A stretch of DNA of 64,000 nucleotides from Burkholderiaceae bacterium (lineage in GTDB: Bacteria; Pseudomonadota; Gammaproteobacteria; Burkholderiales; Burkholderiaceae_C). Position numbers and translations under genes: made by a program. Location of the stretch: assembly GCA_041905785.1 (NCBI GenBank), contig JAYRKJ010000005.1, positions 188,319-252,318 of the forward strand, read 5' to 3'. Below are positions 29,745 through 38,007 of the stretch, in pieces; the stretch's first letter is position 1; each line of letters starts with the position of its first letter. A model generated the notes under the pieces. The model was not told where the DNA came from. It worked only from the letters and a program-made list of their open reading frames with translations, and made no database searches.

Positions 29745-30967
29745 GCAAGAACGTCGAGCTGAAACCGCAAGAGGGGTCGCACCCCTGGCAGCCCGACCAG
29801 GGGGTCGGCACGCGGCTGGTCCATGCCGGTCGCAATCCGGCGGCCTACCATGGCTTCGTCAACACCCCCGTCTTTCGCGCCTCGACAGTGCTGAGCCCCA
29901 CGGTCCGCGAGCTGCTGGGGCGTACGCAGCCCTACATCTACGGGCGCCGGGGCACCCCAACCTCGCAGGCCCTGGAGCGCGCCGTCTGCGAGCTCGAGGG
30001 CGGCGTTGGCGCCGTGCTGTGCCCCTCGGGGCTTTCGGCCTGCACGCTGGCGCTTCAGTCCTGTCTCAGGCCCGGCGACCATGTGCTGGTCACCGATGCC
30101 GTCTACGGTCCTGTCCGCCATGCCTGCGAGGGTCTGCTCAAGCGCATGGCCATCGACGTGAGCTACTTTGCGCCAATGATGGGCGCTGAGCTGGCCTCGC
30201 TCGTTCGACCGAACACCCGGGCCGTTTACCTGGAGTCGCCGGGTTCGCACAGCATGGAGGTGCAGGACATTCCGGCGATCGTCTCGGTCGCCAGGGCGCA
30301 TGAGCTGACGGTGATCGCCGATTGCAGCTGGGCCACGCCCTTGTTCCTCCCGGCGCATGAGCTCGGCGTCGACCTGTCCATCCAGGCGGGCACCAAGTAT
30401 CTGTTGGGCCATTCCGACGGGATGCTGGGCACGGTGTCGGCGTCGTCCCGCGCCTGGCCCGCGCTGAAGGCACTGCATGGCGACCTGGGCTTGTGCGTGG
30501 GTCCGGACGACGTGTTCCTCGCCTTGCGTGGTCTGCGTTCCCTGCAGGTGCGCCTGCGCCAGCACGAGCAGGGTGGCCTGCAGGTGGCGCGCTGGCTCAA
30601 GCAGCAGAAGGAGGTGGCACGTGTGCTGCACCCGGCGCTGGAGGACTGCCCGGGACATGCGTTCTGGAAACGCGACTTCAGAGGTTCTTCCGGCCTTTTC
30701 ACCGTGGTGCTGAAGCCGGCACCGTTCGCAGCGGTCGAAGCCTTTCTGGATGGTCTTCGCCTGTTCGGCCTCGGCTATTCCTGGGGTGGCTTCGAGAGCC
30801 TGGCCTTGCCGCTCGATGCCTCGAGCGGGCGGCTGACCGAGCTTTGCGAGCCGGGCAGTCAGTGCGTTCGGCTGCACATCGGGCTTGAAGACCCACAGGA
30901 TCTCATCGACGACCTGCGGGCCGGCCTGGATCGCCTGCAGAACGTATGCATGGAATCGTTGAGCTAG
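29741..30967 (+). CDS. metC: cystathionine beta-lyase-like PLP C-S lyase (MetC type)
   Basis: VNTPVFRAST, YGRRGTPT, YLESPGS, QAGTKYLLGHSD (PLP Lys), GYSWGGFESL; ATGA overlap. Confidence 0.88.
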   Translation: MSKNVELKPQEGSHPWQPDQGVGTRLVHAGRNPAAYHGFVNTPVFRASTVLSPTVRELLGRTQPYIYGRRGTPTSQALERAVCELEGGVGAVLCPSGLSACTLALQSCLRPGDHVLVTDAVYGPVRHACEGLLKRMAIDVSYFAPMMGAELASLVRPNTRAVYLESPGSHSMEVQDIPAIVSVARAHELTVIADCSWATPLFLPAHELGVDLSIQAGTKYLLGHSDGMLGTVSASSRAWPALKALHGDLGLCVGPDDVFLALRGLRSLQVRLRQHEQGGLQVARWLKQQKEVARVLHPALEDCPGHAFWKRDFRGSSGLFTVVLKPAPFAAVEAFLDGLRLFGLGYSWGGFESLALPLDASSGRLTELCEPGSQCVRLHIGLEDPQDLIDDLRAGLDRLQNVCMESLS

Positions 30968-30977
30968 AAGGGAGAGC

Positions 30978-31661
30978 ATGGACATGTTGACCGTATGGGG
31001 GCGGCGCAGCTCATTCAATGTTCAGAAGGTGATGTGGCTGATCGGTGAGCTCGGACTCCCGCATCGCCACATCCCGGCCGGCGGCGACTTCGGCGGCTGC
31101 GATACGCCGGCGTTCGAGCGGCTCAATCCGCACCAGCGTGTGCCCGTGATCGAGCATGACGGCGAGGTGGTGTGGGAGTCCCACGCCATCCTTCGCTACC
31201 TTGCCGCCAAAGCCGGCCGCGAACCCTTCTGGTCCGCGGACGCTCACCGACGCTCGCTGAGCGAGCGCTGGATGGATTGGAGCCAGAGCTCGCTGGAGCC
31301 CGATCTCATGCTGGGGCTCTTCTGGGCCCTCGTGCGAACGCCGGCAGAGCAGCGAGACGAGGCGCTGATTCGGACCAAGCTGGCCCTGAGCGTGCGGCAC
31401 TTCCAGCGCCTGGACGGCATCCTGGCCCGACAGCCCTACCTCAGCGGCGATGCCCTCGGGCTGGGCGACATCCCTGCCGGTGCCACGCTGTTTCGCTACT
31501 ACTCGATGGACATCGACAGGCCACGACTGCCGCACGTGAACGACTGGTACCGACGGCTTTGCGCCCGCCCGGCCTACCAGGAGCACGTGATGGTGTCCTA
31601 TGACGAACTGCGGGGCCGCCCAGACCGCAGCGCGCTCGTCCTGGACTGGGAGCTGCCATGA
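30978..31661 (+). CDS. glutathione S-transferase (GstB/YliJ-like)
   Basis: WGRRSSFNVQKV, LNP..RVPV, WESHAILRYL, WYRRLCARP. Confidence 0.93.
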   Translation: MDMLTVWGRRSSFNVQKVMWLIGELGLPHRHIPAGGDFGGCDTPAFERLNPHQRVPVIEHDGEVVWESHAILRYLAAKAGREPFWSADAHRRSLSERWMDWSQSSLEPDLMLGLFWALVRTPAEQRDEALIRTKLALSVRHFQRLDGILARQPYLSGDALGLGDIPAGATLFRYYSMDIDRPRLPHVNDWYRRLCARPAYQEHVMVSYDELRGRPDRSALVLDWELP

Positions 31662-32350
31662 AGCCGCCCGTGCTGCTGATCCTGCACCGGCCGCAGTCAT
31701 CGCCAGGTCGCGTCGGACGCCTGCTGAAGCAAAAGGGCTACGAGCTGGACATCAGGCGGCCGCCCCTGGGCGACACGCTCCCACCGACGCTGCGGGCGCA
31801 CAGTGGGGTGGTGGTGTTTGGCGGCCCCATGAGCGCCAATGATCCGGATCCCTGGCTGCGAACCGAGACGGACTGGCTTCGCGTCCCCTTGAGGGAGCAG
31901 GCGCCGCTTCTGGGCATCTGCCTGGGTGCCCAGCTGCTGGCACGCCATCTCGGTGCCGCCGTGCGCCCAAGGGCCGACGGCCGCGTCGAGATCGGCTACT
32001 GGCCGATCCGGCCCACGTCCAAGGGACGGCAGCTGGGGCACTGGCCCGAGCGCGTCTATCACTGGCATCGCGAGGGCTTTGATCTGGTGGACGGGATGCA
32101 GCGGCTCGCCGTCGGCGAGGTCTTCGAAAACCAGGCCTTCCATTACGGCAGGAAGGCCTATGGCCTGCAATTCCACCCCGAGGTCAGCTACCAGACCATG
32201 AACCGCTGGGCGCTGTCCGCACCCGACAAGCTGCACGCTCCCGGCGCTCAGCTGCTGGCGACGCAGCGTCATCAGGGCGGGCGGCATGACCGCGCCGGGA
32301 AAGCCTGGCTCAGCGCCTTTCTGGATGGCTGGCTCGCACCGGCCGCCTGA
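31658..32350 (+). CDS. class I glutamine amidotransferase-like protein (possible gamma-glutamyl peptidase)
   Basis: FGGPMSAND, LGICLGAQ (nucleophile Cys), GLQFHPE (His-x-Glu); ATGA overlap with GST. Confidence 0.88.
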   Translation: MKPPVLLILHRPQSSPGRVGRLLKQKGYELDIRRPPLGDTLPPTLRAHSGVVVFGGPMSANDPDPWLRTETDWLRVPLREQAPLLGICLGAQLLARHLGAAVRPRADGRVEIGYWPIRPTSKGRQLGHWPERVYHWHREGFDLVDGMQRLAVGEVFENQAFHYGRKAYGLQFHPEVSYQTMNRWALSAPDKLHAPGAQLLATQRHQGGRHDRAGKAWLSAFLDGWLAPAA

Positions 32351-32604
32351 GTGCCAGGTGGGTGGCACGCCCCACCCTGTCACCTGATTGCGGGATGCTT
32401 ATGCGCCGGGGCGTGCCATGTCGCCAGCCTTTGGAATTGTAAAATGCACAGAAACTCGCATTTCACGGCCCATGCCACATGGGGGCGCCCAGGGTCGCGC
32501 GGCCATGGAATGCCCAAGCAGTTCAGGATAGTTGCTCAACGCAGAGCAGGGTTCCGCTGCAGCCGCATGCAGCAGTCCAGAGGCTTGTTTCAAGCAAAAA
32601 CGCG

Positions 32605-33225
32605 ATGTCCAACCAGCAAGCAGGTCCGCGCAAGATTCCGAGCCAGGCTCGGTCGCGCCGCATGGTCGATTCGATTCTAGAAGCAGCGGCCGGCGTGCTG
32701 GCCGAGCGCGGCTATGCCGGGACGAGCACCAACCTGGTCGCCGAGCGGGCCGGCGTGAGCGTCGGGTCCGTCTATCAATACTTTCCCAACAAGGACTCGC
32801 TGGTCGCGGCCCTGCATGAGCGCCATGCGGGCCAGATGTACCAGGTCATCGATGCCGTGTTGGGGACCGGCCATCGAGGCAATCTGCGCAGCCAGATTGA
32901 AGCCATGGTGCGGGCACTGATGGCCGCGCACATGGTCGAGCCCCGCTTGCATCGTGTCCTGGAGCAGGAACTTCCCTTCTTCGAGATCCCCAAGGCGAAC
33001 GACAGCCCCTCGGACAAGGGCATCTTCTCGCGCGTGCAGCTGCTGCTGGAGCAGCACCGCGCCGAGATCGTGCCGCAAGACGTTCCGCTGGCCGCCTGGG
33101 TGATCCAGCGCATCATCGAATCCATGGTCCATGCCGCCGTCATCGACCCGCCGCCTGGATTCTCCATGCCGGAGATTGAGCGCGCGATCGTCGATGCCGT
33201 GCTGGGTTTTCTGGGCGCGCGCTGA
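32605..33225 (+). CDS. TetR/AcrR-family regulator
   Basis: PSQARSRRMVDSILEAA...VAERAGVSVGSVYQYFPNK HTH. Confidence 0.93.
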   Translation: MSNQQAGPRKIPSQARSRRMVDSILEAAAGVLAERGYAGTSTNLVAERAGVSVGSVYQYFPNKDSLVAALHERHAGQMYQVIDAVLGTGHRGNLRSQIEAMVRALMAAHMVEPRLHRVLEQELPFFEIPKANDSPSDKGIFSRVQLLLEQHRAEIVPQDVPLAAWVIQRIIESMVHAAVIDPPPGFSMPEIERAIVDAVLGFLGAR

Positions 33226-33349
33226 GCCATAGCCGGCGCCGGACCTGACCTTTGTCCGCCTGAAGGGCGCCGGCGCCGCAGGCGCCGGGCATGTGCATTG
33301 CCAGCAGCGAAGACCCACCCGAGGGGCAACTGACTTTGCGGAGAATGCC

Positions 33350-33679
33350 ATGGCTCATGACACCCACCCATCCTGTATCCAGGCCTGTGAAGCCTGCGCC
33401 AACGCCTGCGATCACTGCGCCGTTGCCTGCCTGCATGAGCAGGACGTCAAGATGATGGCCCGCTGCGTCGCACTGAACATGGACTGTGCGGCGATCTGCC
33501 GCCTGGTCGTCGGATGCATGGCCCGCGGCAGCGAGCTCAGTGTGCTGCTCTGCCGCGCCTGCGCGCAGGTCTGCGAAGCCTGCGGCGAGGAATGCGCCAG
33601 ACACCTCCACGATCACTGCGAGCAATGCGCCGAAGCTTGCCGGCGATGCGCCGAGCAATGCCGGCAGATGGCGGCCTGA
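33350..33679 (+). CDS. four-helix-bundle copper storage protein (Csp3/DUF326-like)
   Basis: 20 Cys in 109 aa in CxxC/CxxxC repeats; no signal peptide. Confidence 0.88.
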   Translation: MAHDTHPSCIQACEACANACDHCAVACLHEQDVKMMARCVALNMDCAAICRLVVGCMARGSELSVLLCRACAQVCEACGEECARHLHDHCEQCAEACRRCAEQCRQMAA

Positions 33680-33789
33680 ACCTGCTGCGCGCGCAAGGAC
33701 TGGCCTGCGGCCAACCCCGCCCGGCTGCGTGCGGCAGGCAGCACCCACCACTGCGAAAGGGCAAGCATGCATGGTGGCATGCGCCGGCT

Positions 33790-34509
33790 TCAGAAGAGCA
33801 TCCCCAGCACGGCCGCCTTCAGCACCGCCTGCGTCTTGTTTGTCGAGTTCAGCTTCATCGTGGCCTTGGCCACATGAAAGTTGACGGTGCGCTTGGTCAA
33901 GCCCAGGATCATGGCGATCTCTGATGACGTCTTGCCGTCAGCCGTCCACTGAAGGATGGTGCGCTCCCGCTCGCTCAACCGGGAATCAGGCCGGTGGAAC
34001 AGTTGCGGGAGGCGGCGCTTCAGCACGCCGTCATGCAGACGCTGGCAAAAGCCGGCCAGCTCAGCCGCCTTCTCATCAAACTCCCCCAGCGACACGCCCC
34101 CATGTGTCCGGGCAAAGGTCATGGCGCCAATGATGCCGTGCTCGGTCCGCGCGGGCAGCGTGCAGCCGTAGTGCATGCCGCAGCTCAGCGCGGTCCGCCA
34201 GAAGAGGATGGGCGTCTGCTGGCCGGCCGCCGCCCACAGCCATGGGCTGCTGCTTCCCTGGGCGTGCCGAATCCACGGGTCTTGCACCGCGAAGTCCTGG
34301 CCCGCATAGGCTTCAAGCCATTCACGAGGCGCGTTGCCGGTCTGAATGACCGCCGGACGGGTCATTGGCGGATAGACATGCGCCTGGTACAGGCAATGAT
34401 CAAAGCCCAGCTTCTTCGCGAAAGAAGACATCAGCCGCTCGCATTCTTGCTCCTCAAGTTCGTGGCCGCATCGCGGAACAACCCCGCCATCAATAACGCA
34501 ATCCTGCAT
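33790..34509 (-). CDS. LuxR-family autoinducer-binding regulator (apparent solo)
   Basis: W-x3-Y, DP, W, G ligand-pocket pattern (EWLEAY..QDFAVQDPW..SPWLW..GMHYG); HTH WTADGKTSSEIA...TVNFH; alternative start 34560. Confidence 0.9.
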   Translation of the reverse strand: MQDCVIDGGVVPRCGHELEEQECERLMSSFAKKLGFDHCLYQAHVYPPMTRPAVIQTGNAPREWLEAYAGQDFAVQDPWIRHAQGSSSPWLWAAAGQQTPILFWRTALSCGMHYGCTLPARTEHGIIGAMTFARTHGGVSLGEFDEKAAELAGFCQRLHDGVLKRRLPQLFHRPDSRLSERERTILQWTADGKTSSEIAMILGLTKRTVNFHVAKATMKLNSTNKTQAVLKAAVLGMLF

Positions 34510-34919
34510 GCTTGACTCCCTGGTTCGTCGAGTGCCCACCATCAATAAATATTCAATCACTCGCGTTTCTCTGCATTCTCTTGGGTCGTTCTGACATGGA
34601 CGTTACCAACCGTGTCAGTCATGCCGGCGTGATCCTGCCAACGCCCAGAATCACCAGCAATCAAGCCACATTTGGCAAGTTTCATTTGCTTACATGCAAT
34701 GGGCGAACCCTCGCAAAATGCACAAACATGGAGCAAATGCCCACGCTATTGGCATGCACATTGACGTCAATATGCGAGTAACAAGTCGCGTGTTGTCGTG
34801 ATGCATAGGCCGGTATGGCCATGAGGACGCGACGACAGCGCCCAATTGCCAGCACGGCCGAGACGCGCCGGGATACGAGACCGGGCGAAGGGACGGCCGA
34901 CCTACGCCGAGTCCAGGCC

Positions 34920-35525
34920 TTAGGCGCGAACCGCGCTTCGATAGCGGCCCAGCACCCTCAGTTCGCAGGCCAGAGCAGCAGCGTCCTGCAGGGCCAGCCT
35001 GACGTCTTCGCGGTCGGGAGGGGCGGCGATGGTGAAATGGAAGCGATAGTGCCAGCCCGCGACGCGCGCCGGCCGCGAGCACCAATGCTCGACGGACAGG
35101 CGACGTCGCGCCAGCGGCGACAGCAGCTCCAGCATGCTGCCGGTGCGCTGCGCAAGGGACACCGCGATCATCAGGCGGTCGTCATCTTCACCCGGTGGAT
35201 GGCCCTTGCCTGCGATGACGCCATACCTGATGCAGGAGGTGCCACCCAGCGGGGTCGGCGGTGTTGGCGTGCCGGGCACCAGCACTTCGCCCACCATGCT
35301 GACTGCGCCCGAGTAGAGAAGATCGAGGCTGCGGTTGACGGGGCCATCCCTGCTGCATTCCAGCGGCATGACACCGTAGCGGCATGCTCCTTCCGCTACG
35401 GCGGCATGGATGGCATCCAGGCTTGCAAAGGGCAGACGCGGCGGCTCAGGTCCGAAGTACCTGGCCGCGGCGAGCTCGCCGGCGGATCCCTGCGGGCCCG
35501 GATAGGCGATGCCGGCATCCGCCAT
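34920..35525 (-). CDS. shortened prephenate dehydratase-like protein with ACT domain (TdaC-like)
   Basis: IAYPGPQGS, YGVMPLECS..GPV..SLDLL, then ACT (GSMLELLSPLA...SRP); only 201 aa. Confidence 0.72.
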   Translation of the reverse strand: MADAGIAYPGPQGSAGELAAARYFGPEPPRLPFASLDAIHAAVAEGACRYGVMPLECSRDGPVNRSLDLLYSGAVSMVGEVLVPGTPTPPTPLGGTSCIRYGVIAGKGHPPGEDDDRLMIAVSLAQRTGSMLELLSPLARRRLSVEHWCSRPARVAGWHYRFHFTIAAPPDREDVRLALQDAAALACELRVLGRYRSAVRA

Positions 35526-35553
35526 GGCTACAGCCCCGATTCCCCAAGCGGCA

Positions 35554-36717
35554 TCAGGCCGCCTGGGGCGCCGCCAGCGGGCGGGTCACGGCCTGCGCGG
35601 TCAGCGGCCGGATCATCTGGTTGAAGATGTTCTTGCGATGCATCTCCTCGGTGCCGCCCACGCTGGCGAAGCCCAGGGCGTCACGCATCAGGGTCGCGAT
35701 CGGTCCTTCATGGTAGCCGCGGCTTCCATACAGCCGGACCAGATCCAGCGCGCTCTTGATGAGGTCTTCCGATCCCACCAGCTTGGCCACCGAGCAGGCC
35801 AGCAAGGCGTCGGGCTGCTCGCCCAGCAGCCGACCGAGCGCGCCGAGCGCCGTCCAGCGGCTGCGCTCCATGCCGATGCGGATGTCCGTCAGGCGACGCT
35901 GCACATACTGGTGGTCGATGATGGGCTCGCGGAAGCTGTGCCGCGCCTGGGCATAACGCAAGGCGTCATCAAGAAAGGGCGCAGCCAGCGCGGCGGCCAC
36001 CAAGCCGTAATATGCGCGCCCCAGCGAAATGATGTCGATGAGCTGACGCAAGCCGCGCTTGGGATCGCCCAAGACCTGGGCGTGCGGCACGAAGACGTCG
36101 TGGAACTCCAGGCTGCCCGTGGGAAGATCCGCGTTGCCCAGCTTGTGATCACTCGGGCCGGTCACCAGGCCATCAGCGTCTCGGTCCACGAAGACCAGGC
36201 CCACCGCCTCCGGCGCGTCGGCATACCGGCAAACAACCAGCGAGAACGCTGCCATGGGGGCATGCGCAATGTTGTATTTGCTGCCGTTCAGCAGATAACC
36301 CTCGGCGCAGGGCGTCAGTGTGCTGCCCAGGCTGCGCACGTCTGTACCGGTACTGGGCTCGGCGATTCCCGTGGCGCACAGCTCCCCGCGCGCCAGCGCG
36401 GCCAGATACTTGTCCTTCTGTGCCACCGTGCCGTAGCGCTGCAGCCCGCGGACCATGCCCGCCTGCGCAATGGCCGACAGCAACAGGGCAGGGGAGCGGA
36501 TGGAGAGCGACAAGCCCTCCAACGCTGCCGTGAAGTCCCACCAAGCCGGCGTACTGCCCTCCCGCTGGCCGATGAGCTGCCAAAGGCCCTCCTGGCGCAG
36601 GCGGCCCCAGCGGCACGCGTCAAAACCCGGCTGCGCGCCCATGGCGGCGAGCTGCTCACCCAGCCCGCGAAAGCGGTGGTGCAAGGCCAGTTGGTGTTCA
36701 GACCACTGCATCATCAT
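35554..36717 (-). CDS. acyl-CoA dehydrogenase-fold flavoprotein (TdaE-like candidate)
   Basis: TGIAEPSTGTDV, LNGSKYNI, KLG, AKL, GSRGY, GGTEEM; AAGGAG RBS. Confidence 0.85.
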   Translation of the reverse strand: MMMQWSEHQLALHHRFRGLGEQLAAMGAQPGFDACRWGRLRQEGLWQLIGQREGSTPAWWDFTAALEGLSLSIRSPALLLSAIAQAGMVRGLQRYGTVAQKDKYLAALARGELCATGIAEPSTGTDVRSLGSTLTPCAEGYLLNGSKYNIAHAPMAAFSLVVCRYADAPEAVGLVFVDRDADGLVTGPSDHKLGNADLPTGSLEFHDVFVPHAQVLGDPKRGLRQLIDIISLGRAYYGLVAAALAAPFLDDALRYAQARHSFREPIIDHQYVQRRLTDIRIGMERSRWTALGALGRLLGEQPDALLACSVAKLVGSEDLIKSALDLVRLYGSRGYHEGPIATLMRDALGFASVGGTEEMHRKNIFNQMIRPLTAQAVTRPLAAPQAA

Positions 36718-36739
36718 GGCGCTGCTCCTTGCCTTCGGC

Positions 36740-37153
36740 TCAGACGCTGCCCTGGAAATCCAGGATCTTGGCCTTGAATTCTTCGGTGACCGGCGTGGTC
36801 TTGTTCGTGGCGTAGTCAAACATCACATGCTTCGAGTAGCCGCGTGCCACCACGGTGTCCTGCTCATCCTGGCGATGCATCACGTGCTCGATCTCGAAGC
36901 TCTTGGTTCCGAAGTTGCTGACCCGACTGCGAACCACCAGGCTGTCGCCGAACATGGCCGGCTGCACATACTCGCAGGCAGTTTTCACCATGATGTGAGG
37001 CAGCTTCTCATGCTTGGGGATGGACAGCACCTTGAACATGAACTCGAGGTAGGCATGCTGAAGATAGTCGTAGTAGACCGGGCTGCTGACATGACCCATT
37101 GAATCAGTGTCCCGATATTTCACCTGGATGGGCGTTTCAAAGTTCCTGCTCAT
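36740..37153 (-). CDS. hotdog-fold acyl-CoA thioesterase (4-HBA-CoA/YbgC type, TdaD-like)
   Basis: IQVKYRDTDSMGHV...YYDY, FGTKSF; AAGGAG RBS. Confidence 0.88.
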   Translation of the reverse strand: MSRNFETPIQVKYRDTDSMGHVSSPVYYDYLQHAYLEFMFKVLSIPKHEKLPHIMVKTACEYVQPAMFGDSLVVRSRVSNFGTKSFEIEHVMHRQDEQDTVVARGYSKHVMFDYATNKTTPVTEEFKAKILDFQGSV

Positions 37154-37248
37154 GGCTTCTCCTTTAGAAGTGCTTGGGTGTTTTTCACCCTCCAGGCACC
37201 GGTCGCTGAAGGGCGAGCGCCAGTGTTCCGGTCTTGGCGTCGGATGGC

Positions 37249-37268
37249 TACTGTCACCAATCACAGTC
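37249..37268. promoter_or_regulatory. candidate lux-type box upstream of thioesterase operon
   Basis: TACTGTCACCAATCACAGTC fits NNCTG-N10-CAGNN with ACTGT/ACAGT arms; ~96 nt upstream of ATG 37153. Confidence 0.35.
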
Positions 37269-37400
37269 CACTGCGTCTGCCGATTCCGAAAAGTGCCATC
37301 TTTCCTGAAGCTTTTGCGATGGCACCTTGCCCGCGGCCATTCCGGGATGTCGCGACGCGCATCCAGCAAGCTCGCCTGGACTTGATGTAGCTCATATGAA

Positions 37401-37415
37401 TGAGAATTGCTCTCA
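37401..37415. promoter_or_regulatory. Fur-like box upstream of ftrA
   Basis: AA-TGAGAAT-T-GCTCTCA-TT, 7-1-7 inverted repeat 33 nt before ATG of an iron-uptake gene. Confidence 0.72.
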
Positions 37416-37448
37416 TTTACGATGCGCCGACTTTCACTCGGAGGCATC

Positions 37449-38006
37449 ATGACTTTGACTCGCTGGCAGCAAGCCTGCATCCTCAGCGCGGGCCTGTGCT
37501 GGAGCGCACTCGCGGGCGCGGCGGAGATTCCCATCGGAACGCCACAGAACCTCGCAGGCATGGAAATCGCGGCGGTGTATCTCCAGCCGGTCGAGATGGA
37601 GCCTGACGGCCATATGCGCCCAGCCGCTGACAGTGACATCCATCTCGAGGCCGACATCCACGCCCTGGCCAGCAACGCCAACGGCTTTGCCGAAGGCATG
37701 TGGATCCCCTATCTGCACATCCGCTATGAGCTGCGCAAGGTGGGCAGCAGCGATGTGATCAGCGGCGTCATGATGCCCATGGTCGCCAGCGATGGCCCGC
37801 ACTATGGCGACAACGTCAAGCTGCGCGGCCCCGGGAAGTACCAGGTCCGCCTCACGGTGTATGCGCCCAATGCGCCCGAGAACGCCATGGGCAAACACTT
37901 CGGGCGCCATACCGACCGTGCCACCGGCGTGCGCCCCTGGTTCAAGCCGCTGACCGCCGAATGGGAGTTCAGCTACGCAGGCATCGGCAAGAAGGGCGGG
38001 TATTGA
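37449..38006 (+). CDS. ftrA: periplasmic Fe2+-binding protein, P19/FtrA family
   Basis: Signal peptide; EIAAVYLQP, DIHLEADIH, M.PMVASDGPHYGDN, HTD..TGV..WFKP. Confidence 0.93.
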   Translation: MTLTRWQQACILSAGLCWSALAGAAEIPIGTPQNLAGMEIAAVYLQPVEMEPDGHMRPAADSDIHLEADIHALASNANGFAEGMWIPYLHIRYELRKVGSSDVISGVMMPMVASDGPHYGDNVKLRGPGKYQVRLTVYAPNAPENAMGKHFGRHTDRATGVRPWFKPLTAEWEFSYAGIGKKGGY

Positions 38007-38007
38007 G

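Noticed and set aside
29091-30967. Housekeeping pdxH and metC
   Set aside because: Not excluded without a genome-wide paralog check, but translational coupling inside an efflux/GST operon favours a specialised role
19025-32350. Phenazine cluster (DAHP synthase, PhzG-like oxidase, amidotransferase)
   Set aside because: The DAHP synthase is class I rather than PhzC class II; no PhzA/B, PhzE or PhzF is present; the isochorismatase belongs to EntB
34750-34765. Sigma54-like TGGCATGCACATTGA
   Set aside because: The invariant -12 GC is GA, and it points toward no plus-strand gene
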